DNA of 64,000 nucleotides from an uncultured virus (IMG/VR IMGVR_UViG_3300021185_002503) (IMGVR_UViG_3300021185_002503); one strand, 5' to 3'; positions 49,755 to 59,942 are shown, numbered from the stretch's first letter. The notes: generated by a model not told the origin, from the letters alone. Numbers and translations: made by a program.

Positions 49755-51093
49755 CGAGGACTTTTGCCGTAGGGTAATTCCTTATATTAAGAAAGATTAT
49801 TTTGAAGGCACACATAAAATTGTCTTTGATATGATTACAAAGTTTGTTGCTAAACACAATAAACTACCAACATCTCAAGTTTTAGCTTTAGAGCTAGAAA
49901 AACAAAGTGCACATCCCGATACATTAAATCAAGCATCTACGCTTATTAATGAAATTGCACAAAAGTCAGATGTTGATACCGATTACTTAATTAACGAATC
50001 AGAAAAATGGTGTAGAGATAGAGCAGTTTATAATGCCATAATGGAATCAATCCAAATCATCGATGGTAAAGACCAAGACAGAAGTGAAGGTGCTATACCT
50101 GAAATACTATCAGAAGCTCTTGGTGTTTCATACGACCAAGATATTGGTCACGATTATATTGATAATTCAGATGGCCGATTTGAATTTTATAATAGAAAAG
50201 AAAATAGAATCTCTTTTGATTTAGATTACTTTAATAAAATTACAAAAGGCGGACTGCCAAATAAAACATTAAATATCGCCCTTGCTGGTACTGGTGTAGG
50301 TAAATCTTTGTTTATGTGTCATTGTGCCGCATCAGTACTAGAACAAGGCAAGAATGTTTTATATATTACAATGGAAATGGCCGAAGAGCGTATTGCTGAA
50401 CGTATCGATGCTAACTTAATGGACTTACCAATCCAACAACTTGAGACTTTACCTAAAAACGTTTTTAACGAAAAGATAGGTAAAATTGCAAAAGGAACAA
50501 TTGGTAAATTAATTGTAAAAGAATATCCAACTGGTGCAGCTCATACTGGCCACTTTCGTGCTTTACTGAACGAATTAAAGATGAAAAAGAACTTTCGTCC
50601 GAATATCATTTACATAGATTATTTGAATATTTGTGCATCTAGCCGTATGAAAGGCATGGGTGGAAGTATAAATAGTTATTCATACATCAAAGCCATCGCG
50701 GAAGAATTACGTGGCCTTGCTGTAGAGTTTGATGTACCTATTGTTTCGGCAACGCAAACAACCAGGTCAGGGTTTAGTAATACAGACCTTGGATTGGAAG
50801 ATACATCAGAGTCATTTGGTTTACCAGCGACAGCTGATTTAATGTTCGCTTTGATATCAACTGAGGAACTAGATGAGCTAGGTCAAATGATGGTAAAACA
50901 ATTAAAAAATCGTTATAACGACCCGACCAAGTACAAGAGATTTGTGATTGGTATAGACAGGTCCCGCATGAAATTATATGATGTTGAAGAGTCAGCTCAA
51001 TCCGACATAATGACGGATATGATACCTGACAAACCAATAAATAAATTCGGGGAGTCTGAAAACAAAGACACCTTTGCGGATTTCAAAATATAG
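49714..51093 (+). CDS. gp41: Replicative helicase gp41
   Basis: AGTGVGKS, ITMEMAEE, IDYLNI, SESFGLPATAD, KNRY. Confidence 0.95.
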   Translation: MELQTHILNQLINNEDFCRRVIPYIKKDYFEGTHKIVFDMITKFVAKHNKLPTSQVLALELEKQSAHPDTLNQASTLINEIAQKSDVDTDYLINESEKWCRDRAVYNAIMESIQIIDGKDQDRSEGAIPEILSEALGVSYDQDIGHDYIDNSDGRFEFYNRKENRISFDLDYFNKITKGGLPNKTLNIALAGTGVGKSLFMCHCAASVLEQGKNVLYITMEMAEERIAERIDANLMDLPIQQLETLPKNVFNEKIGKIAKGTIGKLIVKEYPTGAAHTGHFRALLNELKMKKNFRPNIIYIDYLNICASSRMKGMGGSINSYSYIKAIAEELRGLAVEFDVPIVSATQTTRSGFSNTDLGLEDTSESFGLPATADLMFALISTEELDELGQMMVKQLKNRYNDPTKYKRFVIGIDRSRMKLYDVEESAQSDIMTDMIPDKPINKFGESENKDTFADFKI

Positions 51094-51105
51094 AGAGGAA
51101 AATAT

Positions 51106-51285
51106 ATGAATATGTTACTAAAAGCTAAAGATTGGGCAATGGACAGACTAGGAGAAAGAACATCTATTGATGGACTTGGACTAATCGCTGTTTGTGGTTC
51201 AGTAATCTTATTTGGCGGCTTAGCCAAACTACTCGCATGGGTAGGCCTATTATGGGGTGTTTACACCTTGGTTAAGAGTGACTAA
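51106..51285 (+). CDS. 59-aa two-TM membrane protein (holin-like); not in the ORF track
   Basis: MNMLLKAKDWAMDRLGERTSIDGLGLIAVCGSVILFGGLAKLLAWVGLLWGVYTLVKSD; GAGG RBS. Confidence 0.7.
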   Translation: MNMLLKAKDWAMDRLGERTSIDGLGLIAVCGSVILFGGLAKLLAWVGLLWGVYTLVKSD

Positions 51286-51297
51286 TTTTTATTATAG

Positions 51298-51328
51298 AAA
51301 AATAGCCTTTAACTAGGCTATTTTTTTG
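51298..51328 (+). terminator. Rho-independent (possibly bidirectional) terminator
   Basis: AAAAATAGCCT-ttaact-AGGCTATTTTTTT. Confidence 0.8.
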
Positions 51329-51408
51329 CAAGTTTTTTGAACAAAACACTGTACATTTCTATCAATACATGGTATAATTATTATATATTTTAAAAAGGAG
51401 TGAATAAA

Positions 51409-51618
51409 ATGTCAAACGAAACAAATCAAATTATAATCGAAAGAATCGTAGAAGAGGTTGAGCAAATGTCAACTAGTGCGATTTTAAGAGAAATAGATGG
51501 CGGAATGAGACCAGGAATGTGTGATTCTTGGGACGAAAGAGTTGCCCTAACTGATAGAGATTGGGCTATAGCAAAATTATCAAATAAGAGGTTCGAAGAG
51601 TGGCCTCAAGGTTCTTAA
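51409..51618 (+). CDS. Early hypothetical protein
   Basis: Own promoter and AAGGAG RBS. Confidence 0.65.
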   Translation: MSNETNQIIIERIVEEVEQMSTSAILREIDGGMRPGMCDSWDERVALTDRDWAIAKLSNKRFEEWPQGS

Positions 51619-51690
51619 GAAAATGTACAGGAAACACTGTACATTTACTTTTGATTATGGTATAATTAATAATAATAAAAGGAGTAAATA

Positions 51691-51852
51691 ATGGATTATT
51701 ATAAAGAGTTTGGATTACCACAGAATGCGACCGAAGACCAAATTAGGTCAGCTGTTGGTGCACCATCAATTGACGAAGAAGGCACATGCATGTGCGGAAA
51801 ACATTTTAACAACTGCCCGGATGCATACGAGCACATGACACATGGAGTATAA
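51691..51852 (+). CDS. 53-aa early protein with a Cys/His cluster; not in the ORF track
   Basis: MDYYKEFGLPQNATEDQIRSAVGAPSIDEEGTCMCGKHFNNCPDAYEHMTHGV; promoter and AAGGAG. Confidence 0.7.
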   Translation: MDYYKEFGLPQNATEDQIRSAVGAPSIDEEGTCMCGKHFNNCPDAYEHMTHGV

Positions 51853-51853
51853 C

Positions 51854-52168
51854 ATGAGAACAGATGCTTATATAATGACTGCTTTTACAGAATGTGCTGG
51901 AAGTATGTTAGAAATTGAAACTATCAGAACAGCAGTTAAGTCAATTAATAAACTTAATAAACTAAAAGAAAGATATGCAAAGAGCTCTTTTGAACATGGG
52001 TATTCAGTAAAAGAACCACAAAAACTACCAAGGTATAGAGTAACTCTACACGGTAGAGGTCCAAGGACAGAATTTGCAAAATCACTAGGAAGACATTCTA
52101 GAGCTTTTGATAGAGAATTACCATTAAAATTTGCGGAGAGAATTGATGTCTATATCCACGAAAGGTAA
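51854..52168 (+). CDS. Hypothetical protein
   Basis: GGAG RBS; open frame. Confidence 0.6.
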   Translation: MRTDAYIMTAFTECAGSMLEIETIRTAVKSINKLNKLKERYAKSSFEHGYSVKEPQKLPRYRVTLHGRGPRTEFAKSLGRHSRAFDRELPLKFAERIDVYIHER

Positions 52169-52325
52169 GCAAGTAGTTTTTGAAGTTAAAGCAAAACAAC
52201 CACCTCCAACCAATCCAACCTGGAAAGCAGAATACGTCTTTGCACTATTAAAAGACGCTATGAAATTTGAAATAGGAATGAGAGAACAAGGATTCATAAC
52301 TGAACTTAACCGTAAGTTCATATGA
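52146..52325 (+). CDS. Hypothetical protein
   Basis: GGAG upstream; overlaps the previous stop region. Confidence 0.5.
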   Translation: MSISTKGKQVVFEVKAKQPPPTNPTWKAEYVFALLKDAMKFEIGMREQGFITELNRKFI

Positions 52326-52384
52326 TGAAACATACATTCCTCTAATTGAAAAACTTATAAATAGAATTAATAACTGGAGGATAT

Positions 52385-53767
52385 ATGAAATCTTTAAAAA
52401 GTTTCGTAATAAATGAAGCTGTACCTATGGGAAACCCAGAGTGGTCAAAACCTCATGGTAAATCAGGCCAAGATAGATTAGATATTTTAAGACAATTAGT
52501 AGCTCAAGATAAACCTATTGAATTAGCAAAAGGTGGAACTTTTAAAGTTGCTGATAAAGACGATGCTCTTGCAAAAATAGATAACTACGATAAAACTGGT
52601 CGAAGTGTTATATTTACATTAAACGGAACTGATGGTAACGTTTATAAAAATACACAAATAGCTAAATCAAAAGTCTTCGGCGGAGGCGGTGGTGGAGCTG
52701 GTGGTGGAACAGCAAATACTAAACTAACAGAATCTCATAATTGCCTAATGTTATCAGCTATGTTAATTCATGGTAATAATCATGACATCGAATATTTCAC
52801 ACCAGAAGTTCTAAAAGGCGCGGCCAAAGGAATTGATGTTGACGAAAAATTAGATAAAATGTTAGCACTTGAAGGTCCATGGTTTCAATCCTCTTATAAT
52901 ATTTCTAAGCTTTTAATTGAAAAAGGTTATGTAAATAAAGGAATGAAACTTTATCGTGGTACTCAAGGTATGAGTAAAGTTTATGTTGGAAAAGACCTTG
53001 CATATAAAAACACAGGATATAAACCATTAAAAGATGATAAATGGAATCCTGGAGATATATGGGCAGTGGTAGATGGATTTAATCATAAAAAAGAATTAGA
53101 TATTTCTAACATTACTTCTTATAATAAATCTATTTTAAAAGAATTTGCAAATAGAAGATTAGTAGGTATTTCATTAAAAGGACCAGAAGTAAAATATCCA
53201 CCTCCATTAAAAGAATATAATAATCAAGTACCACCTGATATTGATTTACACAAATATATGGGTTGTAAATTAGAATCCGGTAGAGGAACTTATTGGTCAG
53301 CTAAAGGTGGACAAATAATATTTGATACTGGAATCCTTACAGTAAAAGATAATACTGCAGGTGGAACTATTAAAGCAGAAATTAAAGGTAAAAACGCAAG
53401 AGGCGGTGGAATATCTTGGGGACCAATGCAGGATTATGTACAAAGAGAAACAAGAAAGAAATTACCAGACCATGCATCGGGTATTAGAAAAATGGCCAAA
53501 AATATTGCAGATGGTAAAGAACGAGATATAAAAGTTTATTATACATTATTTAATCACTTTTATAATAATACATCGTACGAAGAATTTAAAGAAGAACTTA
53601 AGCAAAAAGATTGGACTTGGATATCAGCAAAATTAGCACTGAATTATCTTTGTTATTACATTGATAAATCAGGCGGTAGAACAGCAAACGCATTAGTTAC
53701 ACAATTTGTAAACTATGCTGGCTCGAAAGGAGCCGAAAGTGCTGTCTATGTGAAAGCTGGTAAATAA
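52385..53767 (+). CDS. Late protein with capsid-targeting-like N-terminus; putative PD-(D/E)xK-like nuclease
   Basis: MKSLKSFVINE; Gly linker; KWNPGDIW...VGISLK. Confidence 0.55.
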   Translation: MKSLKSFVINEAVPMGNPEWSKPHGKSGQDRLDILRQLVAQDKPIELAKGGTFKVADKDDALAKIDNYDKTGRSVIFTLNGTDGNVYKNTQIAKSKVFGGGGGGAGGGTANTKLTESHNCLMLSAMLIHGNNHDIEYFTPEVLKGAAKGIDVDEKLDKMLALEGPWFQSSYNISKLLIEKGYVNKGMKLYRGTQGMSKVYVGKDLAYKNTGYKPLKDDKWNPGDIWAVVDGFNHKKELDISNITSYNKSILKEFANRRLVGISLKGPEVKYPPPLKEYNNQVPPDIDLHKYMGCKLESGRGTYWSAKGGQIIFDTGILTVKDNTAGGTIKAEIKGKNARGGGISWGPMQDYVQRETRKKLPDHASGIRKMAKNIADGKERDIKVYYTLFNHFYNNTSYEEFKEELKQKDWTWISAKLALNYLCYYIDKSGGRTANALVTQFVNYAGSKGAESAVYVKAGK

Positions 53768-54372
53768 TGAAATATTTGATATTGGCTTCGGGTCGTGATG
53801 GCTCTACACAATTACTTCATGCAATACATGAAAGATTAGAAAGCCAAAATATGGCTGAACCATATCAAAAGGTAAGTGAACCATATAACTATGATTTAGG
53901 TGTAAAAACCAATTTTATGAAAAGAAACGTAGTTGTAAAATGTATAGTTAATAAGTTTCATATACCTGAAAGTTGGAGTCCAGAAGATGGCGAAGCAACC
54001 GATTTTTTTACAGGATTTGCTTTAAACTTTGATAAAACTATATTAATTAGAAGAAAAAACAAAGGTGAAAGATTATATTCTGCTTTACATGCACATAAAC
54101 ATGATACATGGGAAGGTGAATATAAACAGAAGCCAATAACATTAAACAGTAATAATTTAACTAATGAGATTGACGATTTTATAGATGCTGAAATTATAGC
54201 ATATGAATTATCAAAATCGTTTTTAACAATTTATATGGAAGATTTATATACAGAAGACAAAGAGTTATCACAGAAAACTTGGAACAAAATATTTCCAAAA
54301 GAACCTGTACAATTATTCGAAAGTATGTATAATAAATACTTTGATATAAAACATAAAAAAGGTAAAGTATGA
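53767..54372 (+). CDS. Sulfotransferase-like protein
   Basis: ILASGRDGSTQL, EPY, IRR...YS, IYMEDL. Confidence 0.55.
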   Translation: MKYLILASGRDGSTQLLHAIHERLESQNMAEPYQKVSEPYNYDLGVKTNFMKRNVVVKCIVNKFHIPESWSPEDGEATDFFTGFALNFDKTILIRRKNKGERLYSALHAHKHDTWEGEYKQKPITLNSNNLTNEIDDFIDAEIIAYELSKSFLTIYMEDLYTEDKELSQKTWNKIFPKEPVQLFESMYNKYFDIKHKKGKV

Positions 54373-55604
54373 AGAAATTTACAAATTATCTAGCTGAGTC
54401 AAAAAATACACACATGACTCACATAGAAGATTTAATCCTTGACGGAGGAGTCAAGGGAGCCCGCCAAGCTATCCAAGCGCTTAGGTCACTGAGGGATATG
54501 TTAGCAGGTAGCACGAAATCACCTGTAGATGTTACTGTTAAATGGGACGGGGCTCCCGCCGTATTCGCAGGAATTGACCCATCAGATGGCCAGTTCTTTG
54601 TTGCTAAAAAAGGAATCTTTAATAAGAATCCTAAAATCTATAAGAATCATGATGATATCAAAGAAGATACATCTGGTGATTTACAGAAGAAACTTATATT
54701 AGCATTTGATAACTTAAAAGGATTAGGAATCACAGGGGTTATCCAAGGTGACTTTATGTTTGAACGAAAAGACTTAAAGAAGGAAACAATTAATGGAATT
54801 CCGCATATCACTTTCCACCCTAATACTATTGTTTACGCTGTACCTACTAACAATGATGTCGCTAAAAGCATCATGGCAGCAAAGATTGGAATCGTGTGGC
54901 ACACAACTTATTCAGGAGCAACATTTGAAACAATGAGTGCTGAGTTTGGAAAAGAAATTGTACCAAAACTTAAAAAATCAAAGGATGTTTGGATGGTTGA
55001 TGCTGTATTACCAGACCTTTCAGGCACAGCAACATTAACAGCAAACGACACAAAGGTATTATCAACTAAACTCTCAGCTGCTGGAAAAATGTTCCAAAAA
55101 ATTCAAGGTAATGTATTAAAAGAAATAGAATCAAATAAAGAATTAAATTTAATCATTAATGTATATAATAACCGTATGGTCAGACAGGGCCAAAGAATTA
55201 AAGATACTAAAAAACATGCTACTGGTTTAATTATGTTTGTAAGAGACAGATATGCCAAAGAAATTGATAAGCGAAGTTCACAAAAAGGTAAAGATGTACA
55301 AATTAAGAAACGGGACGAATTAGTAAATTTCTTTGACAAAAGTAACCTTAAACAGTTACAGATGATATTTGATTTACAAAATTTAGTGGTAGATAGCAAA
55401 TTAATTCTTATAAATAAACTAAACAAACTTTCAAAGATAGGAACGTTTGTTAAAACGACATCCGGATTTAAAGTAACCAACCCCGAAGGTTTTGTTGCTA
55501 TAGATAGAATGGAAGGTGGAGCTGTTAAATTAGTAGATAGATTAGAATTTTCTGCTAATAATTTCAGCAAAGATATTATAAAAGGTTGGGATAATCCTAA
55601 CTAA
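54369..55604 (+). CDS. ATP-dependent ligase-like (KxDG) nucleotidyltransferase with capsid-targeting-like N-terminus
   Basis: MKKFTNYLAE; TVKWDGAP, IQGDF, PEGFV, VKLV. Confidence 0.6.
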   Translation: MKKFTNYLAESKNTHMTHIEDLILDGGVKGARQAIQALRSLRDMLAGSTKSPVDVTVKWDGAPAVFAGIDPSDGQFFVAKKGIFNKNPKIYKNHDDIKEDTSGDLQKKLILAFDNLKGLGITGVIQGDFMFERKDLKKETINGIPHITFHPNTIVYAVPTNNDVAKSIMAAKIGIVWHTTYSGATFETMSAEFGKEIVPKLKKSKDVWMVDAVLPDLSGTATLTANDTKVLSTKLSAAGKMFQKIQGNVLKEIESNKELNLIINVYNNRMVRQGQRIKDTKKHATGLIMFVRDRYAKEIDKRSSQKGKDVQIKKRDELVNFFDKSNLKQLQMIFDLQNLVVDSKLILINKLNKLSKIGTFVKTTSGFKVTNPEGFVAIDRMEGGAVKLVDRLEFSANNFSKDIIKGWDNPN

Positions 55605-55620
55605 ATGGGAACCGAGGATA

Positions 55621-56988
55621 ATGGAAATAAAAAGTTTTAGCGATTATATCGTTGAATCCACAAAAGAAGTAACATTTGTTTTTGGTAGGTTTAATCCACC
55701 TACTATAGGACATGAAAAGTTATTCGACACTTTGAAAAAATTGTCTAGAGGCGGTGCATATCGCATATACGCTTCAAAATCTCAAGACCCAAAAAAGAAT
55801 CCACTAACATTTAAAGATAAAGTTAAGTTTATGCGTAAGCTTTTCCCTAAACACGGAAGAGCAATTATGGCAGATGCTGATGTCAGAACAGTTTTAGACA
55901 TTGCTGTTAAATTATATGACCAAGGATTTACAAAAGTATCCATGGTTGCTGGCTCAGATAGAATTAAAGAGTTTGAAACACTATTAAATAAATATAATGG
56001 AGTATCTTCTCGACATGGCTTTTACCAATTTGAAGGTGTAATTAAAGTCTTATCTGCTGGGGAAAGAGACCCAGATGCAGAAGGCGTAAGTGGAATGTCA
56101 GCTTCAAAATTAAGATTATTTGCTTCTCAAGGCGATGTAACTAATTTTTCAAAAGGTATTCCATCAGCAAATACACAAGTTGTAAATGATTTATACCTTG
56201 CTATCAGAAAAGGTATGGGATTAAAGAAAGAATCTGTAAGGCGACATATTGAATTACCTACAGTATCTGAAACAAGAGAAGAATATGTTGAAGGTAATAT
56301 CTTTAATGAAGGCGAACCAGTAAGAATTAAAGAAACAAAAGAACAAGGTATTATCTTACATAAAGGTAGTAATTACTTATTAGTATCTTTAAAAGAAGGT
56401 AGAAAAAGAGTTTGGTTAGAATCAGTAGAATCTATGGCAGGTGAATTAGGAACCGATAAATTAACTAAATCATATTTAGATGCTACACCCTTTGCAAAAA
56501 TCGTAAAAGACGAAAAAGAAAAAATGACTGTAAAGGATAAGATTAAAAAATCAGATTATTATAAAGGTTTAGCAAAGTCCACAAATAAAAAGAGACATGC
56601 ACAATTTGCCAAGCAGTCTAAAATGGACGATGATAACCCAGCAGCTTATAAACCAGCTCCTGGCGATAAGGACGCTAAAACAAAGCCGTCTAAACATACG
56701 AAGAAATATAAACAAATGTACGGAGAACATTTTACATTTGAAGATTATATGATTGAAGATAAAGGTAGTGCTAAAAAGGCTCTACAGAAAAAGGCAGACA
56801 AATCAGGAATGCCTTATGCTATATTAAAGAAAGTTTTTGATAGAGGAGTTGCAGCATGGAGAACTGGCCATAAACCAGGGACTACTCCAATCCAATGGGG
56901 ATTAGCAAGAGTTAATTCCTTCGTAACAAAATCAAGTGGAACATGGGGTAAAGCAGATGCTGACCTTGCAAAACAAGTAAGAGGATAA
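55621..56988 (+). CDS. HxGH cytidylyl/adenylyltransferase fused to basic C-terminal modules
   Basis: FGRFNPPTIGHEKL, VAGSDR, SAGERDPD...MSASKLR. Confidence 0.8.
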   Translation: MEIKSFSDYIVESTKEVTFVFGRFNPPTIGHEKLFDTLKKLSRGGAYRIYASKSQDPKKNPLTFKDKVKFMRKLFPKHGRAIMADADVRTVLDIAVKLYDQGFTKVSMVAGSDRIKEFETLLNKYNGVSSRHGFYQFEGVIKVLSAGERDPDAEGVSGMSASKLRLFASQGDVTNFSKGIPSANTQVVNDLYLAIRKGMGLKKESVRRHIELPTVSETREEYVEGNIFNEGEPVRIKETKEQGIILHKGSNYLLVSLKEGRKRVWLESVESMAGELGTDKLTKSYLDATPFAKIVKDEKEKMTVKDKIKKSDYYKGLAKSTNKKRHAQFAKQSKMDDDNPAAYKPAPGDKDAKTKPSKHTKKYKQMYGEHFTFEDYMIEDKGSAKKALQKKADKSGMPYAILKKVFDRGVAAWRTGHKPGTTPIQWGLARVNSFVTKSSGTWGKADADLAKQVRG

Positions 56989-56991
56989 AAA

Positions 56992-57795
56992 ATGAATTTT
57001 AAAGAATTAAGAGAAAAATATAGAAGCAAATATCCAGCGTCTTTGGTATCAGCTGCTGTAAAAATCGCTATAGATATGGCTGGGAATATGACCGGTGCAT
57101 ATAAAAAAATCGAAAACATGAAGCGCGGATTGGGCGATGACCCTATCGTAAAAGATGCTTTAAGAATGGCCAATGAATCTGTTGAAGAAGGAACAATGGC
57201 TATTGGTATTAAAGATAGAGACCCAAAAGAAAGAGCAAAAGCACAAGCACAACTGAAAGTATTGTTAAAGAAAATTGGTAATAAGACAGTAGGTTCTAAA
57301 GAGGGTCAAGACTTTGATGATAAATTGGATTACGACATATTGTCAGACGATGAATTAGCAGATGAATTTGCAAATCCAAAAAACAAAAATATGAAAGTCA
57401 AAGACTTGTTAAAGAAACATTCAAAAAGGTTAAACGTAAAATTTGAATCTGTTGAAGAAGGTATGTCACCAGCTGACAAGAAGAAAAGACTTGAAATGAT
57501 TAAAAAGGCTGTTGAAAAATTAAATGCTAAAAACGATGCAAAAGCAAAAGCTGATTTTCTTAAACAAATGAAAGATATGGTAGATGAAGAAGTATTAAAC
57601 GAATTAAACTTTTCATACGCTTTCTTTGATAAAGCTGATTTAAACAAATTTATGGTAAAAGCATTAAAGGTAAAAGGACTAACTGTTATTGATAGTGAAA
57701 AACAGGCAGGTGGACACTATACAGTTAGAGTTAAAGCTGATGATAAAAAAATCATTGCGAAATCTAATTCACTTGCATTACAGGCAATGTCATAA
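56992..57795 (+). CDS. Putative modular internal head protein
   Basis: MNFKELRE; two internal ESVEEG motifs. Confidence 0.65.
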   Translation: MNFKELREKYRSKYPASLVSAAVKIAIDMAGNMTGAYKKIENMKRGLGDDPIVKDALRMANESVEEGTMAIGIKDRDPKERAKAQAQLKVLLKKIGNKTVGSKEGQDFDDKLDYDILSDDELADEFANPKNKNMKVKDLLKKHSKRLNVKFESVEEGMSPADKKKRLEMIKKAVEKLNAKNDAKAKADFLKQMKDMVDEEVLNELNFSYAFFDKADLNKFMVKALKVKGLTVIDSEKQAGGHYTVRVKADDKKIIAKSNSLALQAMS

Positions 57796-58616
57796 TGAAA
57801 AATTTTAAACAACTCAGAAACGACCTATCAGAAAATTATAATCAAGACTTAACTCTTGCTACTAAGAATATAGCAAGGCTTTCTAATAAAGAAAGCGGTC
57901 AAGATAAGAAAGACTATCAGGCAGTATCTAGAGCTCTTGCTCAAGGTAACCTCGGTGCAGTTAAGAAAGTAATTAAAGGTATTTCAACAAAAGAAATACA
58001 AGCTGATATATTAAACGTACTCGTAGGTTATAACGACCTAATTGCTAAAATGTATCCTAAAGCAATGTCAGGTGGAAAATTTAAAAGTGGCATGACTGTA
58101 GATAAAATGGTTAAAGAAGATGCAGAAACAATTGAAGAAGTAATGTCGCTCGATAGACTAAAAAAGAAGTTTAAAAGGGACATTGATAACTATAATAAAA
58201 GAAATAAAGACTTGCCAAAAAACGTAGAGAAGGCACTTCAAATGTTTGCTATTAAAAATGGTGAAATTAAAACTGATGACCCAGAAGAATTTGACGATTG
58301 GTTAATGCAAAATATTGAAGAAGCTACTATTGAAGAAGCAAGAATGCCTATGTACAAACAAACTAAGTTTGAAGGTAAAGAGTTCGATAGAAAGAAAGAA
58401 ATTAAAAGTTTAAAGAACATGCAAAAAGCACTTCATAAACTCGCAAAGATGCAAGATGATATGCAATACACTGCAGAAACGGGTGGAACTAGTAAAGACG
58501 GAAATCCAAATGCAATTTATCAAGCTCTAGTAGAATGTGAATGGGCACTATTTGCATACATGGGTGGTATCGAAAGAGGTAAATGGGACGGTACTATAGA
58601 CATGGATAGAGATTAA
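57795..58616 (+). CDS. Putative modular internal head protein
   Basis: MKNFKQLRNDLSE; internal TIEE/NIEE motifs. Confidence 0.65.
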   Translation: MKNFKQLRNDLSENYNQDLTLATKNIARLSNKESGQDKKDYQAVSRALAQGNLGAVKKVIKGISTKEIQADILNVLVGYNDLIAKMYPKAMSGGKFKSGMTVDKMVKEDAETIEEVMSLDRLKKKFKRDIDNYNKRNKDLPKNVEKALQMFAIKNGEIKTDDPEEFDDWLMQNIEEATIEEARMPMYKQTKFEGKEFDRKKEIKSLKNMQKALHKLAKMQDDMQYTAETGGTSKDGNPNAIYQALVECEWALFAYMGGIERGKWDGTIDMDRD

Positions 58617-58617
58617 A

Positions 58618-58947
58618 TTGAAAGACTTTAAGGAATTTAGAGAAAATAAAGGACCATGCTGGGACGGCTATGTACAAGTTGGTACAAAGATGAAGAACGG
58701 CAAAAAGGTTCCTAATTGTGTTCCTAAAGAAGAAGTAGAAGAAGCACCTTTGGTAATGAACGACCTTGATATGGCATCTACACTATTCAAAGATATCAAA
58801 GATAAAATGATGAAAAACAATAGGCAAAAGAATAGAGAGAAAAACTGGCCAATGCTTCAGCAACTTGCTTCAATGGCTGGGTTTGGTATAACTAAAAAGG
58901 GTCAATCCAAGGAAAAATCGTTCAGATACGATTTAAAGAAAAAGTAA
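58618..58947 (+). CDS. Putative internal head protein
   Basis: MKDFKEFRE; PCWDGY...VPNCVP module; EEVEE. Confidence 0.65.
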   Translation: MKDFKEFRENKGPCWDGYVQVGTKMKNGKKVPNCVPKEEVEEAPLVMNDLDMASTLFKDIKDKMMKNNRQKNREKNWPMLQQLASMAGFGITKKGQSKEKSFRYDLKKK

Positions 58948-59300
58948 TGAAAACATTTAAAGTATTTACAGTAGAGTCAGTCGAAAAAGCAAAAAAGGCT
59001 ATACAAAAAGCAAAGTATTACGATAAGGGTTGGAGCCCTGATTTCGATAAAGGTGGCTCAGCAAAAGGCGATTGGGCGAAAGCGCATATTGATTTATACA
59101 ATACAAAAGGCGGTGAAAAAATCATCGATAAAATTGCTAAGAAACATAAAGAATTAAAAGTTGTTAAAATTAGTCGTGAAGAAATTCAAGTTATTGGAAG
59201 CTCAAAAGCTATAGCAGACCTGAAAAAAGAATACGGCCAAAATCAAAAGAAAGCCAAAGATAGCAATTGGGAAAAAAGAGTTTGGAGTGCCAAAATATGA
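58947..59300 (+). CDS. Putative internal head protein (basic)
   Basis: MKTFKVFTVE. Confidence 0.65.
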   Translation: MKTFKVFTVESVEKAKKAIQKAKYYDKGWSPDFDKGGSAKGDWAKAHIDLYNTKGGEKIIDKIAKKHKELKVVKISREEIQVIGSSKAIADLKKEYGQNQKKAKDSNWEKRVWSAKI

Positions 59301-59581
59301 TGGGTAGTAGACCATATATCGGATTTAAAGCTTTTTATGCAATGGCAACTGAAGAAGATTTACCTAATGAAGGTAAGAACAAAGGTGAATCTTGGGAAGA
59401 TGGATTTAAAAGAAGAGTTGTAAAAACAACAAAACCTGACCATAAAGAAGATGGTTATAATTGGAGAATTAAAGGTAAGGATAGAGAAGAAGTTACCATT
59501 AAGCTATATAAAAAGAAACCCGATTATAAAGAATTTGTAAAACAAATGAAAAGAGTAGCAGGACACGAGTTCGGTGGATAA
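59297..59581 (+). CDS. Hypothetical basic protein
   Basis: ATGA overlap; GGAG RBS. Confidence 0.6.
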   Translation: MMGSRPYIGFKAFYAMATEEDLPNEGKNKGESWEDGFKRRVVKTTKPDHKEDGYNWRIKGKDREEVTIKLYKKKPDYKEFVKQMKRVAGHEFGG

Positions 59582-59942
59582 ATTTTTAAATTACATCGAA
59601 GAAAGATTTGGAATCTATGAGGGATTAACAGTTCCTTTAGAACAACCTATGATTGAGGGACCAGAGCCAGAGTTAAATAAACCAAGCAGAAGCTCAGGAC
59701 CAAAGAAATATGTTGTATATGTTAAAAATCCTAAAACAGGAAACGTAAAGAAAATTAATTTTGGCGACGAAAAAGGAGGGTTAACCTCTAAAATAAACGA
59801 TAGAGACGCGGCAAGAAATTTCGCATCTCGTCATAACTGCGATACTAAAACGGATAAGCTATCACCAGGATACTGGTCATGTAGATTACCAAAGTATGCA
59901 AAGGATTTAGGGCTAAAAGGCGGTGGAAACTATTTTTGGTAA
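59574..59942 (+). CDS. Hypothetical basic protein
   Basis: MDKFLNYIEE; KKYVVYV...KKINFG...FASRHNC...YWSC. Confidence 0.65.
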   Translation: MDKFLNYIEERFGIYEGLTVPLEQPMIEGPEPELNKPSRSSGPKKYVVYVKNPKTGNVKKINFGDEKGGLTSKINDRDAARNFASRHNCDTKTDKLSPGYWSCRLPKYAKDLGLKGGGNYFW

